From Amphiscolops sp. MND2022 (taxonomy: Eukaryota), in the NCBI GenBank assembly GCA_964187785.1, contig OZ076409.1, positions 62,188,001 to 62,252,000 of the forward strand: a DNA stretch of 64,000 nucleotides, given 5' to 3'. The notes below the pieces were generated by a model. The model saw only the letters and a list, made by a program, of their open reading frames with translations, was not told the origin of the DNA and did not search any database. The position numbers and the translations under genes were made by a program. Shown here piece after piece: positions 23,340-34,303 of the stretch; positions within the stretch are counted from its first letter, which is position 1, and the number at the start of each line of letters is the position of its first letter.

Positions 23340-25606
23340 ATGAAACTTTTGGTACTTGTTATCATTATTTTCACGGGTGATATTCGAGGAGACGAAGACA
23401 CCTTCGACCCCTTCGACTTCCAGCGGAGATTCAACCAACCCGGGTTCGTAAATGGTACTCATTCTATTTCCGGCGCGGCATTCACTCCGGAACCGCCAGT
23501 TGTACTCGTTAAGTCTATCAACACCACTTGGACTTATATTCCATTTCCCCAAATACCCCAATTGGACCCGGAACCACTGAACGAAATTTTGGACAATGCA
23601 TTAGCTCGACTAGTATCCCTTGATATCCGTATGTTCCATCATGAATGTGTTGACCCTCATTTATTCGAATATTGGAAAAGATTTTTGCGCGACAACCTTG
23701 CAGAAATTTTTCAAAGCCATAAAATGTTTCAACAAGATTGGCTAGCAATGCGGAGAGCGCTAACCGTATTTCTTAACCATACGGTAGACGACATTCCGTT
23801 AGAAAAACCTAATCGCTACTCTCGATCTATTGTTGGAACCGTAGCGGGATCGATGATCGGAAGTGAGCTAGCTCATGTCTTTCTGCGCCCGATATTTGGC
23901 TCCGTGACAGATAAAATCTCCTGCTTCGTTGATGACCTGATCCCCTTTGGATCCGTGTGCCGAAGTAAAGAACGGGAAATTATTGAAGAACTGGCCAGAG
24001 AAATTAAAGTGTTACAAGATGAGGTAGTTTATTTGAGAACGGAGCTGTTAGAAGCGATAACCGTACGCTTGCCTGCTGATGTAGAAGGCCGAAAGTTATT
24101 GACGCTAAAACAGTCCTTAGACGATAACATCAAGATGTTAAATAGCACCGTTAATGGAGTGATAGACGAAATAACGGATTATGTAGAGAAAGCAGAGTGT
24201 GTTGTTAGGCTAACTCAAGACCGACACCGTAACCCTCTAATTATAGCCGCCGCCTTCCAAAATCTAACTACTCAGTATAAAAGAATTGTGAATGATATCA
24301 ACCAGAGACGCATTTCGTTGTCCAATATGGCGTCTATGCTACAAGAAGCTATGTCATCGCTAGTCCATGGCTACTTGCCAATTTCCTTAATTCCGCCGTC
24401 GACGTTAAAGAAAATTTTAGACTCTTATCATGTTACCGGTCTTAATGAGGCTATCCCCAGGAAATTAATCGCCGCCTACTATTGGTTTGAAATTGTAAGA
24501 GATGCGTATGTGACGGATGAAGGTTTACACATGTTGCTCGAAATTCCAATGTACGCGGGACACGGAATTCATGAAGTATATCGAGCGACTCCAATCCCGC
24601 AACCGATTCCCAATTCCGAACGCGCAACGCAATATCAACTTACAAAAACACATTTGTTAATGTCTTGGGATAAAACAAATTTTGCGGAAGTAACCGAACA
24701 AGAATTGTCAAGGCATTGTTGGGGCTCCCACCGGCTTAGGCTATGTAAACAACCTTTCTCGACTACTAAATCGCAGAAAACGACGTGTCTCATCGGTTTG
24801 TTCTTTAATCTCCCTGCCACCGTACTGAAGTTGTGTGCACAAGAAGTTGTAGCCCTTCCGCAGCATCCCCAAGCCATATACTTATACGATTCAACTTATT
24901 TGTTAACCTCGGCCAAAGGCGACTTTACCATGCAAAATATGACCGGCACAATTGACTACCGAGTTCCCGGATGCCAAAGTTGTCTAGTTCGGCCTACGTG
25001 TGAAGGAAGACTGCAGCTCCCGAACGCTGGCTTGTTCTTGACTCCTGACCCGGTATCCTGTGCAACAGGTAAAGCCAGCGAAATCGTCCGAATCATGCCT
25101 ACCCCTCTACTACGTCCTTTATTCGAAAATCTGAAAGACCTAGAAGAGGTAATTCCTCCCTCTTTAATGGGAGATGTCCATCAAGAATTGTTATCTCATT
25201 TAAAATTAAACTTAGCAGGATTGCCAGACCGAGCAATTACGGAAGAAATGCTAGACGCAATTGCTAAGCCATTTTTAACTGAGGTCGAAAAGGTTCATTC
25301 AACCGTCATCAAAAAGTGTGGAAAGATATTGTGTTACCTTGTGTTGTCACATTAATTGTTTTAATTTTATTTGCACTGTTGTGCTGGGCGATCAAGAAGG
25401 GACAACTATTCCTCATGCAGCGGTGCATTCAGCGAGTACTGGGTTGGAGACGAAGAGGAGGAGACGAAACCGATGCAGACCGGCTGGCTCGCATAGCAGA
25501 GCAACTCCAAAATCTTCCCACTACATCCGCACGGGAGGAAGTGAAAACAGGGACCGGTGACTCTGTCCCAACGGAGACGAAGAAGCCAAAGCCTCATCCA
25601 AAATGA
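23340..25606 (+). CDS. env: Env (class I fusion protein); ectodomain 23340-25355, TM and cytoplasmic tail in the -1 frame 25316-25606
   Basis: Signal peptide MKLLVLVIIIFTG, furin-like RYSR followed by a hydrophobic Gly-rich fusion peptide (SIVGTVAGSMIG), heptad repeats, Cys-rich region and several N-x-T sequons. TM segment IVLPCVVTLIVLILFALLCWAI lies in the shifted frame. A CAG acceptor-like site precedes the ATG. Confidence 0.88.
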
Positions 25607-25838
25607 GAGTCTTCCCGAGAAAAACCGTGAGAATATATGTAACTTGTGCTGATTTGTACTAAACTCCACCCCCCCTGTATTTATTTGCCCTCATAACTCA
25701 ACTGATAGGTCATTCTACGGTGTTCCCCACTTGGACAAACGAGGGAAAATTTTTAAAAAGTTGTGATAAACGATATGTCAATCAATTAAATGATGGGAAA
25801 GTAAAATTTTACAAAAATAACAAAAAAAATCCAGTCAG

Positions 25839-25867
25839 TATAAAAATTGTTCCTTAACTGATCAGTC
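25839..25867 (+). promoter_or_regulatory. Putative internal promoter (TATAAAA plus TCAGTC initiator) for ORF4
   Basis: TATAAAA at 25839-25845 and TCAGT at 25862-25866, about 65 nt upstream of the ATG at 25930. Confidence 0.55.
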
Positions 25868-25929
25868 GTTTACATTTGCAACCACCTCAAAATTTATTTT
25901 CAACTTAAAGATAGAAAACACTCTTGAAA

Positions 25930-26763
25930 ATGCAATCTACGTCGTCTGCCAGTACTTACAATATTCAAGGAGGAAACTTGTCAGCCTTTGTGCCAACGCA
26001 ATTGTACAGCACCGCAAATGATGACACCCGTAATGCGAATATGCCCATGACATCAGGCGTTCTGCCGCTCACATTACGAGCAGGAAACCCACTGACTACC
26101 TACCGATTAAACAAAATCGAAACACCCGCGCCTGGCGTGGACTATATCTATTTCCACCTGGAGAAGTACTCTCCGCTGGACGCATTGTGGTATCCCCAGT
26201 GGATGAGACTGAGCTTATACTGCGAAATGACCCGGCAAATTCTGATGGCAGTAATTCAGGCCTCCATCGAAAAACCCGAACGGAGCAATTTTATGGCTAC
26301 TTTGGTAAGGATTCTTGCCTTGCCTGACGAAGGCCCCAGAGCTGAGGGGAATCCCCTCAGTACTAGATTTCACTGGAGAGCACCGATGCATCAATATATG
26401 TGGAGTTGGGTGCAGCACGGAGAATCTCCCTGGGATAGATCTTTCCAGGTCCACCCCCAGCCGCCCCACCGCCCACGAGTGGACATCAACTCCTTCCAAC
26501 GAGCTATGTTTAGACATCTAACTCTAGATAACGAAACGTCGACCACAACAACTGCAGTCTCTACGCCCACTACTGTCAGCAGCACCACCTCTGCTTCGCG
26601 CGCGGGAGCGGCGGTGTTCGATGCAGATAGCAGCGACACGGAGAGTGTAAACACTACTGCAGCCGTGATATTTCCAACACCATCAAAGAGAAAAGTCCTA
26701 CAAAAAAGGAACTCGCGAACCCGAGAGGAAAGTACTTCAATGCCATCTACCTCGGAAAACTAG
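25930..26763 (+). CDS. ORF4: accessory protein of unknown function (~277 aa)
   Basis: Intact, relatively GC-rich ORF between env and the PPT. Trp-rich central domain, Ser/Thr-rich tail and basic NLS-like PSKRKV. Confidence 0.75.
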   Translation: MQSTSSASTYNIQGGNLSAFVPTQLYSTANDDTRNANMPMTSGVLPLTLRAGNPLTTYRLNKIETPAPGVDYIYFHLEKYSPLDALWYPQWMRLSLYCEMTRQILMAVIQASIEKPERSNFMATLVRILALPDEGPRAEGNPLSTRFHWRAPMHQYMWSWVQHGESPWDRSFQVHPQPPHRPRVDINSFQRAMFRHLTLDNETSTTTTAVSTPTTVSSTTSASRAGAAVFDADSSDTESVNTTAAVIFPTPSKRKVLQKRNSRTREESTSMPSTSEN

Positions 26764-27027
26764 AAACTTCCATGAAAACCCGGTGAAAATCCGTCAACTT
26801 TTTATAAAATGGAGTACATTATTGTGAGTGAAAGTATGTTGTATCTAATTAATTTATTATCAATGTGAAGTGGTTGTAATAATAATTCAAGAGCACTTGT
26901 GTTCACAATAACCAGTAAAAAGAATTACACAAGGCAAAAATTAATGCTGACTGGATGACATTCTAGCCAATCACCTAGGACTACACTAAAATTTAAATAA
27001 ACCAACTACTCAGGAGAGTAGTAGTCC

Positions 27028-27040
27028 AAGTGGGGGGGAA
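27028..27040 (+). promoter_or_regulatory. Polypurine tract of element A
   Basis: AAGTGGGGGGGAA immediately before the 3' LTR, preceded by the hairpin ACTACTC-AGGA-GAGTAGT (27005-27022). Confidence 0.9.
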
Positions 27041-30000
27041 TGTAGGATTTTTGACTTTTCGCTCATGATTTGGTGTTTATTAAATTTTAGTTCATCAGCA
27101 AGGTAGATTTTACGGGGTGATATCGTATAAAAGTAAAGATTACAATAAGTACTTCAAGTACCTCACACTATTGTTTAATGTCAATAATATTGTCTTTAGT
27201 CTCGCGGACAACTAAAATAACCATTCTTAACTGCTATGAAGCGGCCGCACAACGTATTAATGCAATAAGACGGCCGCCACCACCTAAACCTATGTAAGAA
27301 AATTCTAATCGGAACGAAACTTTAACATTGATTTTCTCGATACCTATTGCGAATATAAGAAAAATTAAACCACCAAAATGCTCCTTTTTGACCTGACTAC
27401 GTGTTGAGTAAACATTTAAGAACTTTTCAGTAACGAATTTTCACAGAAAAAGCATTAGAAGTCATAAAATACTGTGAATAGAAATTTAGTCAAATTACTA
27501 TGTTAATACATGTGTTTGAGGGTAAGCGAGAGTGAAAACTCCGCTGTGTGCGTGAACAGCATAGAATGCAACTCAGCTAAGCGTGTCAGAAAGCGAAAGG
27601 AATGAAATTAAGAACGCGCTGTGAGTGGCTGTACGCATAGCTAATAAGAAAACGGCCGCCGCACACTTTGAATTAATCCCCCCTCTTAATAGAAATTAAA
27701 AATCAAAACCCGATTTCTCGAAGATGAAAAAAGATAGCAACAAACGGTTTTCAGCATTCAAAAGCCCATCCAAAGGAGAGCTTAAGTTGAGAATATGAGC
27801 GTTGTGCGACCCCGGGAACATATCGGGGAGACGCTTTGAAAATAAGTGCATTGAAAATTTTGACGATTTTCCAAAATTGAGTTTCCTTTAAAAATTTCGT
27901 GTGATCGCTACAGTTGTCAGAAAATGTTCGGATATGGCTTAAATTAAAGATAAATGGATGCCCTAACTTGTGTTAATTGGAAAATAAATAATATTCAGTA
28001 GTTTTTGAGAACTGAGCCAGCAAACGTTAAAAACAGCCCTAAAATGGCCTAAAAAGCCGTTTTTCGCATGTTATCGCTTAGTACTCAACGTGTAAGCGCA
28101 CAATAGCCGCCCCCTTCACAGCGTACTTGAGAATTGAAGTGGAGGAGTGAATAGAATAATAAATAGAGTGCTGCGGTGCGCTAGCGAAGAAGCCCCAAGA
28201 ATTTAAAGTTGTGATTTCTTTCAGCCGATAGGGATGTCGACCTACCAAAATGCGAACCCCCCCCGCACGTTTTGGGCGATATCGAGCTGAAACTTTCAGG
28301 GTAGACGCACAAGACCCAGGCGCACAGCGTTTAGAAGAAGCGTTTTTCCGAAAAGTGCCCTGGTTTCGAGATATTGGCCTCCAAAGTTGAAAGTCCAGAC
28401 ATAAAAATCGGGAAAATGACTACTTTCAGAAAAAGTACTATCAAATTTTGTTGAGAAAAGATAGAGACCTCATCTAAAGTGCAAAACACTCCTAATGGCT
28501 TGGGCTAACGATGTATCTAAGCCCCCAGCCTGTATCTTTCAAATTGACGGAGTACTAGCACTCCAAAGTTGAGATTTGTGTGAAAATCGATGGGTGATTT
28601 TTGACTACCAAACTTTAAAGGCGTTTTTCATAGTGAAGGAGTTGAAATAGAAAGAAAACCATGGAGTAAGCTTTTGTAGCCCTTGAATTGTACTTTCAAA
28701 AGGTGTACTTGGTTTTTGCCCCCCGTGATCGGAACACCTTGTTTTTGCCCTTAGAAGTTGTAACACGAAAATCGAATTGAAATCGCCTTTTAGGTCATTG
28801 TAAATTGTAGAAAATTGTTTCCTTCAGCCATTTTTAGCTGAAGAGAGTTGTCAGGAACCGCGTGAGAAAAAGAGACCTGGCAAAGAGTGCAAATGTCAAT
28901 CAGTAAGCCGAAGTTCAAGTCGTGCTTACAAAAGTGGGAAACACTGAGTCAGTAGCACCACCCCTTAAATTCTATTGAAAACGAAGTAAAACCATCAGTC
29001 ATGATTGACAAGGAGGTGGAACTAGGACCGACTCGTGCTGAGAAAATGTACTTCTAATGAACTTTCAGTACCGAAGTAGGAAAAAACTGTATTGCTCAAC
29101 ACTTAGTCAGAACCCGAAAAAGGAAAGATGATAAACTATGAATAATGATATGACTAAACTGCCGAAAAAGTAACTTAGGCCGAAGTGTGCGCCATTTTAG
29201 CGACACACAAAGTGAGTTGAAATCTAGAGAACGGTTTGCTGCTTTGCGTCCGATAGCATCCCGCATCAGACACCGGACTATCGAAATTGCAGATTTACTT
29301 CGTCTGGCCGGTTAGCCCGTGCCTTCAGCCTAACAACCTGAAGTTGCCTGATTTGTTGCTACCCCGCTTTTCGCTAGTACGGATTTCGACCCGGGAGTAG
29401 GGTGGACTGCTGGTCTATCGTATTACATGTAAAAGAGCCTAAGTGGGCTGATAATACACGGTTGAGCCTAAGTGGGCTGATAATACACGGTTGAGCCTAA
29501 GTGGGCTGATAATACACGGTTGAGCCTAAGTGGGCTGATAATACACGGTTGAGCCTAAGTGGGCTGATAATACACGGTTAAGCCTAAGTGGGCTGATAAT
29601 ACACGGTTTAAGCCTAAGTGGGCTGATAATACACGGATTGTTGTTTTCACTCCAAGACCGATAGAGATTTTGCGGCGAGTTGATTCTTCCGATATCTTCG
29701 ATATCACCCCCATCCTTACGGATACAAAAACTTAACCTTGCTGAATTTCTTGTTTACTGTTCTCTTGTGTTATATGCCTCCTAATATGCCTGCTAATATA
29801 CTCCGTAATATTCTCCGCTATTATCGATGTTATTATATTATTCATTCTATTATTCGTGGATGTGAAATTGTATTTGTGTCTATTACTCGACTTATTTATT
29901 TGATGTATAGTAATTAAAGTTCAACCTGCTTCTTTTCATCAGCGAAAAGATAATTTCAAACAGTCCAAGAGTAGCGAGACAAACCCCTGAAAGAGGGAAA

Positions 30001-30213
30001 AATAGCAAAGTTGTAAAGATCGTGATTTCCTTGTCACACTTACCCCCACCGCCTTCGATTAAGTTGATTCGTCTCTTCTTCGGAGTTAATAAAAATTTAT
30101 GTAGATACTCAGCCAGTCCTTGTCTCGTGCATGGTACCTACGGGTTTAATTGAGTTGTAGTGGAGCTATTCTCAACAAATAGTTAAAGCTACTGGAAAAC
30201 TAAAAATCTTACA
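27041..30213 (+). repeat. 3' LTR of element A (3173 bp)
   Basis: Direct repeat of 13586-16658. The length difference is explained by four extra 29-bp units, a 15-nt deletion and a 1-nt C-run difference. Confidence 0.97.
29435..29637 (+). repeat. 29-bp tandem repeat in the 3' LTR (7 copies)
   Basis: Same unit as at 15996; copies start at 29435, 29464, 29493, 29522, 29551, 29580 and 29610. Confidence 0.95.
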
Positions 30214-32567
30214 GTAGAGAAGAAAAGACCAAATGAAATCTATTTGGCGCTGAGCGACATTTTGGAGAGTTATTCTGTCGCTTGGTGGTCTCCCTTTAGA
30301 TTTTTCTAATGTTTGCGAAAAAACGCGTATATTTGTATCTGAAGCGTCCCTCTTCATATAATTGTGGAATCTTTAATTGAAACAAGTTTTCTTGAATGTT
30401 GCTACCTTAGATTTTCAGAGAGTTTTTAAAATGAATGATTGTGTTTCTAACTGGAAGGGTTCTCTTCTGTGTTTTCGGGTTTTGTACGCTTTTTCTATAT
30501 TTGATTTTCACAATTCAGTGTTCTGAGAGCTGGAATTGGTATGTGATCGTTGTCAAAAATTTTTCCAATTGAATTATGTTTATTTCGCTTTCCGATATTA
30601 CGCCTTTTGAGATGAAAATAACGCAATAATCGAATTAATTGATGAATGTTCGTGAATTTTTCCGAACTATTAACTTTATTGCCAATTTTCACCGAATCTT
30701 ATAAAGACAAAGGCGAGGCAAATATACTCCGCGTCAAAAAAAGTCAAAAAAGACAAAACTTAAATTGCAAATATCTCGTATTTGACGCAACCTAGAAGTG
30801 TAATATTTTACAACAAGCAAAGCCATCAACAGATAGTCAGTTATACTTAATTTAATATGGGATTACTCCTCCACGATTCGCAATACAGAGTTGTAAACGG
30901 CGGTGTATTCTTTTTGCATAGAGCATTATTTTTCTATTATTTTTCCAGAGCACTTTTGGGTGGATAATGACTGTGCAAAATTTTAAAAAATTGCAAGGTC
31001 AGTTTTTGAGAAATTCGAATTTTTCACTGAAAGATCGGCAGAAAAAAGGTACGATTGCATAAATTGTTGAAATTTTTTTTCGACTCCTCAAAAAAACTTC
31101 GAACTTTTTGAGCGGTGCGCCGAGTTGAAACCACGTTTCATTCAGCATAGTGATAAATAGTTGGTCAAAACAAAACAGATCAAAGTGTATGACCATTGTT
31201 TCACTTTTCATCAATTTATCTATTATCAAAAAAGACCCTTGAGCGTTCCGAACATACTTTATTAAACGATGAAGTTTCTTAAAAAGTAATGCTTACATTT
31301 TCTTCAGAAGAGTTTTCCTTGCATTTGCAATAACTGCGTATTCCCAATGTTAGAATTAATACTGCACTTAGTCACTAGTTCAATTGCAAAAGATATACTT
31401 TAAAAAGATTTTGAAACCAGCTCTTTTGAGAGTAAATATTGATTGTTAGCAATGCAAGTAGTGTCCGAATCGGTTGGAAAATTGTCTTCACAGATCTACA
31501 TACTTCTGGCTTCTCGTGTCGTTCTTCTTGAACTATCAACAAAATAACGTTTAAACCTAATATCATTTTCCGCAAGGAAAAAATACAAGTTGCTTTGATC
31601 TATTCGATGTTGTAATGATGTCTAGGCTATTAAAAACTTTTGCATCATATTACCGTCTGAAGGGTTTCATTCTACTTTTATTCGTGATCAGCTCTTGTAT
31701 CTACGTGTTCAATCCAAATATATTATCCAATGAGAAGTTAGTTAGCAATGATCACATTTTAAGGAATTAAACGAGGAATTGGTGTTATTGAATGCATAAA
31801 TACATTTTAAAAATTTATTACAACTGTCTTTTTGAAGTTAGGGACTTTTTTGTATGTTGCCGAATAGTAAAAATTTATAGAACGTGAGAGGAATTCAGCG
31901 GCTTTGAAAACTCGTCGTAACCATTTCTTAAATCAACCAATTGTGGCATTAAAAAACGCCTGAAATTGGCGTTCTTTTTGCGTGTAAAAATACTTACGCA
32001 AAAAGTCTACGTTACTCTAAATAATGATTTTTGATCAAAAGGAAAGATTATTTAATCAACCAATATAATATACAAATGAGCATGAACGAGAAACATCTTC
32101 TCGTATTAACAACGCTCATGACTAGAATATTTTTTGTGAGCATTGATCATCCTAAAAATCCCCCCTCTGAAAAAAGAAAACGGATAATGTCTTTCAGACC
32201 CTTTTCCCAGGAAAAGCTGCCAAGTTTCATCGCATTTTTCAGAACACATTTCAACATGCTCAATCATACAAAGATCATTGTCTTTTCCGTGCTACTCACA
32301 TAGGAACATCATGATGATATTTAGTTTTTTAAGTAACCATTTCTCAAAGATATCTTGTAAAACATGCATAATTTTGCAAGACCTTGCCGGGAAAGAAAAA
32401 ACCAATTCAAAATTAATATTATTATAACAAGACGTGAACGTATCAAGTCGTTCAAAGTTCAAAGTTCCAAAAGTGCAGAGTGTTCCAGATGTGAAAAAAA
32501 CACTGAATTCCTTGATTAAAAGATGCATCACTTTGTTTCCTTTAAAAAACGCAGTGTGATTAATAAT

Positions 32568-34303
32568 TGTCGCAGGCTGCCGCCTGTGACGGCACAAGAA
32601 TCACAACAACGACTGTTGGCCAAAATGTGGCTCCTGGGACCCTACCCATTTATTAAAAGTAAACTGAAACTTTTCTTTAAAACTTTTTCATTTCTATGTA
32701 TCTTGTTGCCTTGTTATTTTAAAACTACCCGAAAGGGCCGTACTAGGACATATTCCCTTACTCCCGAACCAAAAATGTGCTTATTACTTATTTGCAGACA
32801 ACCTTAGTTTTGAATGTTAATGATATATTAGTCTGTTAACATGGACAGTGTTGTGTTGTTGTTTTGTAAATGCAATGAAGTGTTATTCAGAGATAATAGC
32901 AATCAACTAAGAGAGAGTACGGAAACGTGTTCAAATGGTTCTCTGTACTTTCTTGCTAGCGTCACTTGCGCTCACCATATTGGCCAATCAGGTGCTTCCA
33001 TTTTGTATTCTTTATTCTCTTTTGCCGATTACGGCCGTTGTACAATTAGGACAAGTGTGCTATTAATGCTGTTCAGGCAGGCGGCCTAATCTGGCTATTT
33101 AGTCTTCAACAAGCAAAGCACTTGTATGTGGCGCTAATTGCATGTAATAATATTTATGTAATAGTAGGCTTTGATCATCATGAAGTACCAATTTGAAGTA
33201 CTATTTAATGTTTTGTTGTGTTATTAGTAAATAGTTGCCCAATCTCGCTCTAATATAGCCCTGTTGCATGGAAGTTGATGTTATTGCCCTAACAGGCCTT
33301 TTGCCATTGTACTCGCGAAAGGAATTTAGACCTAACATATTTGTTGTGCTGCCACGTGCTAAAGTATGTGTACTTATATCAACAAATACCAGTTCGATGA
33401 AAATATCTTGTCAATTTGCTATGAAATATGTAAACGATGCTTACGGTTAAATGATTGTCCCTTTGATGTGTGATATTTGAAACGGATAGCATTTATCTCG
33501 TGACCATCAAAAATGTGATCATATGATATTGTCTTGTTCATGGAATGTAAAGAATTGGAGTGTTATTCTTTCGGGGGTATAAATACCCGTGCCTCTGGAA
33601 GAGGAGTCACTTACTAATTTGCTCTCTTCTGAAAAGGACTATCATATTGAATACAAACGGTTCCACTGTTATTTTCGAGATAAAACCTAATTCAATTTTA
33701 TACTCGAAGTTTTCTCTATGCCTACTACAAGGAAACAAAAGAAGACTAGGAAGTCTCGAGGATTAGAAGTCCTTTCTGATATTGAAAACCTAGATATAAT
33801 GCTAGGAGGCAACCCTTACAATGGGACTGAAAGAGAAAGGAGTTTAGACAATAACTCTATTGAAAGGAGAGGAAGTGTCATAAGCAATAACTTGGACAAT
33901 GAAGGCGAAAGTCTATTTTCTAACTGCAGGAATGATGAACCTAGGACAAGTGCCGATTTTGGCCAAAACTCAGCTGAAGCAAACTCACTAGCTGAGATAA
34001 ACAGGTTGTCAAGCGAATTGAACTCTAGGATATCCCGTGAGATGGATGAAATGATGAATAATGTTGGGTCGCAGATCCAAAGGGCCATTAATGAGGCGAT
34101 CAGCAGTCAAGTACTACCTCAAATACAGAATATCATAATGGCCGGATCGGGCCGGGAGACAAGAAGGGGATGGGAAGTCCCAGTTGAGAGACCAGAAATA
34201 AATGCCGAAGAACAGCAGGTTCTTAACGCTAAAGCTGGTTGTAGAAATGAACAATGTGATGGGTACCGAACAAATGGACCATCTACCCGTAACGTTCATG
34301 ACA
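32568..34303 (+). repeat. 5' LTR of element B (1736 bp)
   Basis: Near-identical to 46861-48596 (only two substitutions noticed by eye). Contains TATAAAT at 33578, Inr-like TCACTT at ~33607 and the first 195 gag codons. Confidence 0.96.

Larger units (their letters stand above)
13586..30213 (+). mobile_element. Element A: full-length env-bearing Ty3/Gypsy (Metaviridae/errantivirus-like) retroelement, 16.6 kb
   Basis: Two near-identical LTRs TGTAGG...CTTACA, 5-bp TSD GTAGA (13581-13585 and 30214-30218), PBS, PPT, and gag-pol-env plus a fourth ORF. Domain order PR-RT-RH-IN. Confidence 0.97.

Noticed and set aside
29435..29637. 29-bp palindromic repeats resembling a CRISPR array
   Set aside because: Units are head-to-tail with no unique spacers, no cas genes are present, and the array lies inside a eukaryotic LTR.
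30700..32560. AT-rich interval between elements A and B with short ORFs
   Set aside because: No coding or structural signal that I can support.
32523..33766. Short ORFs in the element B LTR (94, 82, 60 and 68 aa; repeated at 46819-48059)
   Set aside because: No recognisable motifs; they recur only because the LTR is duplicated.
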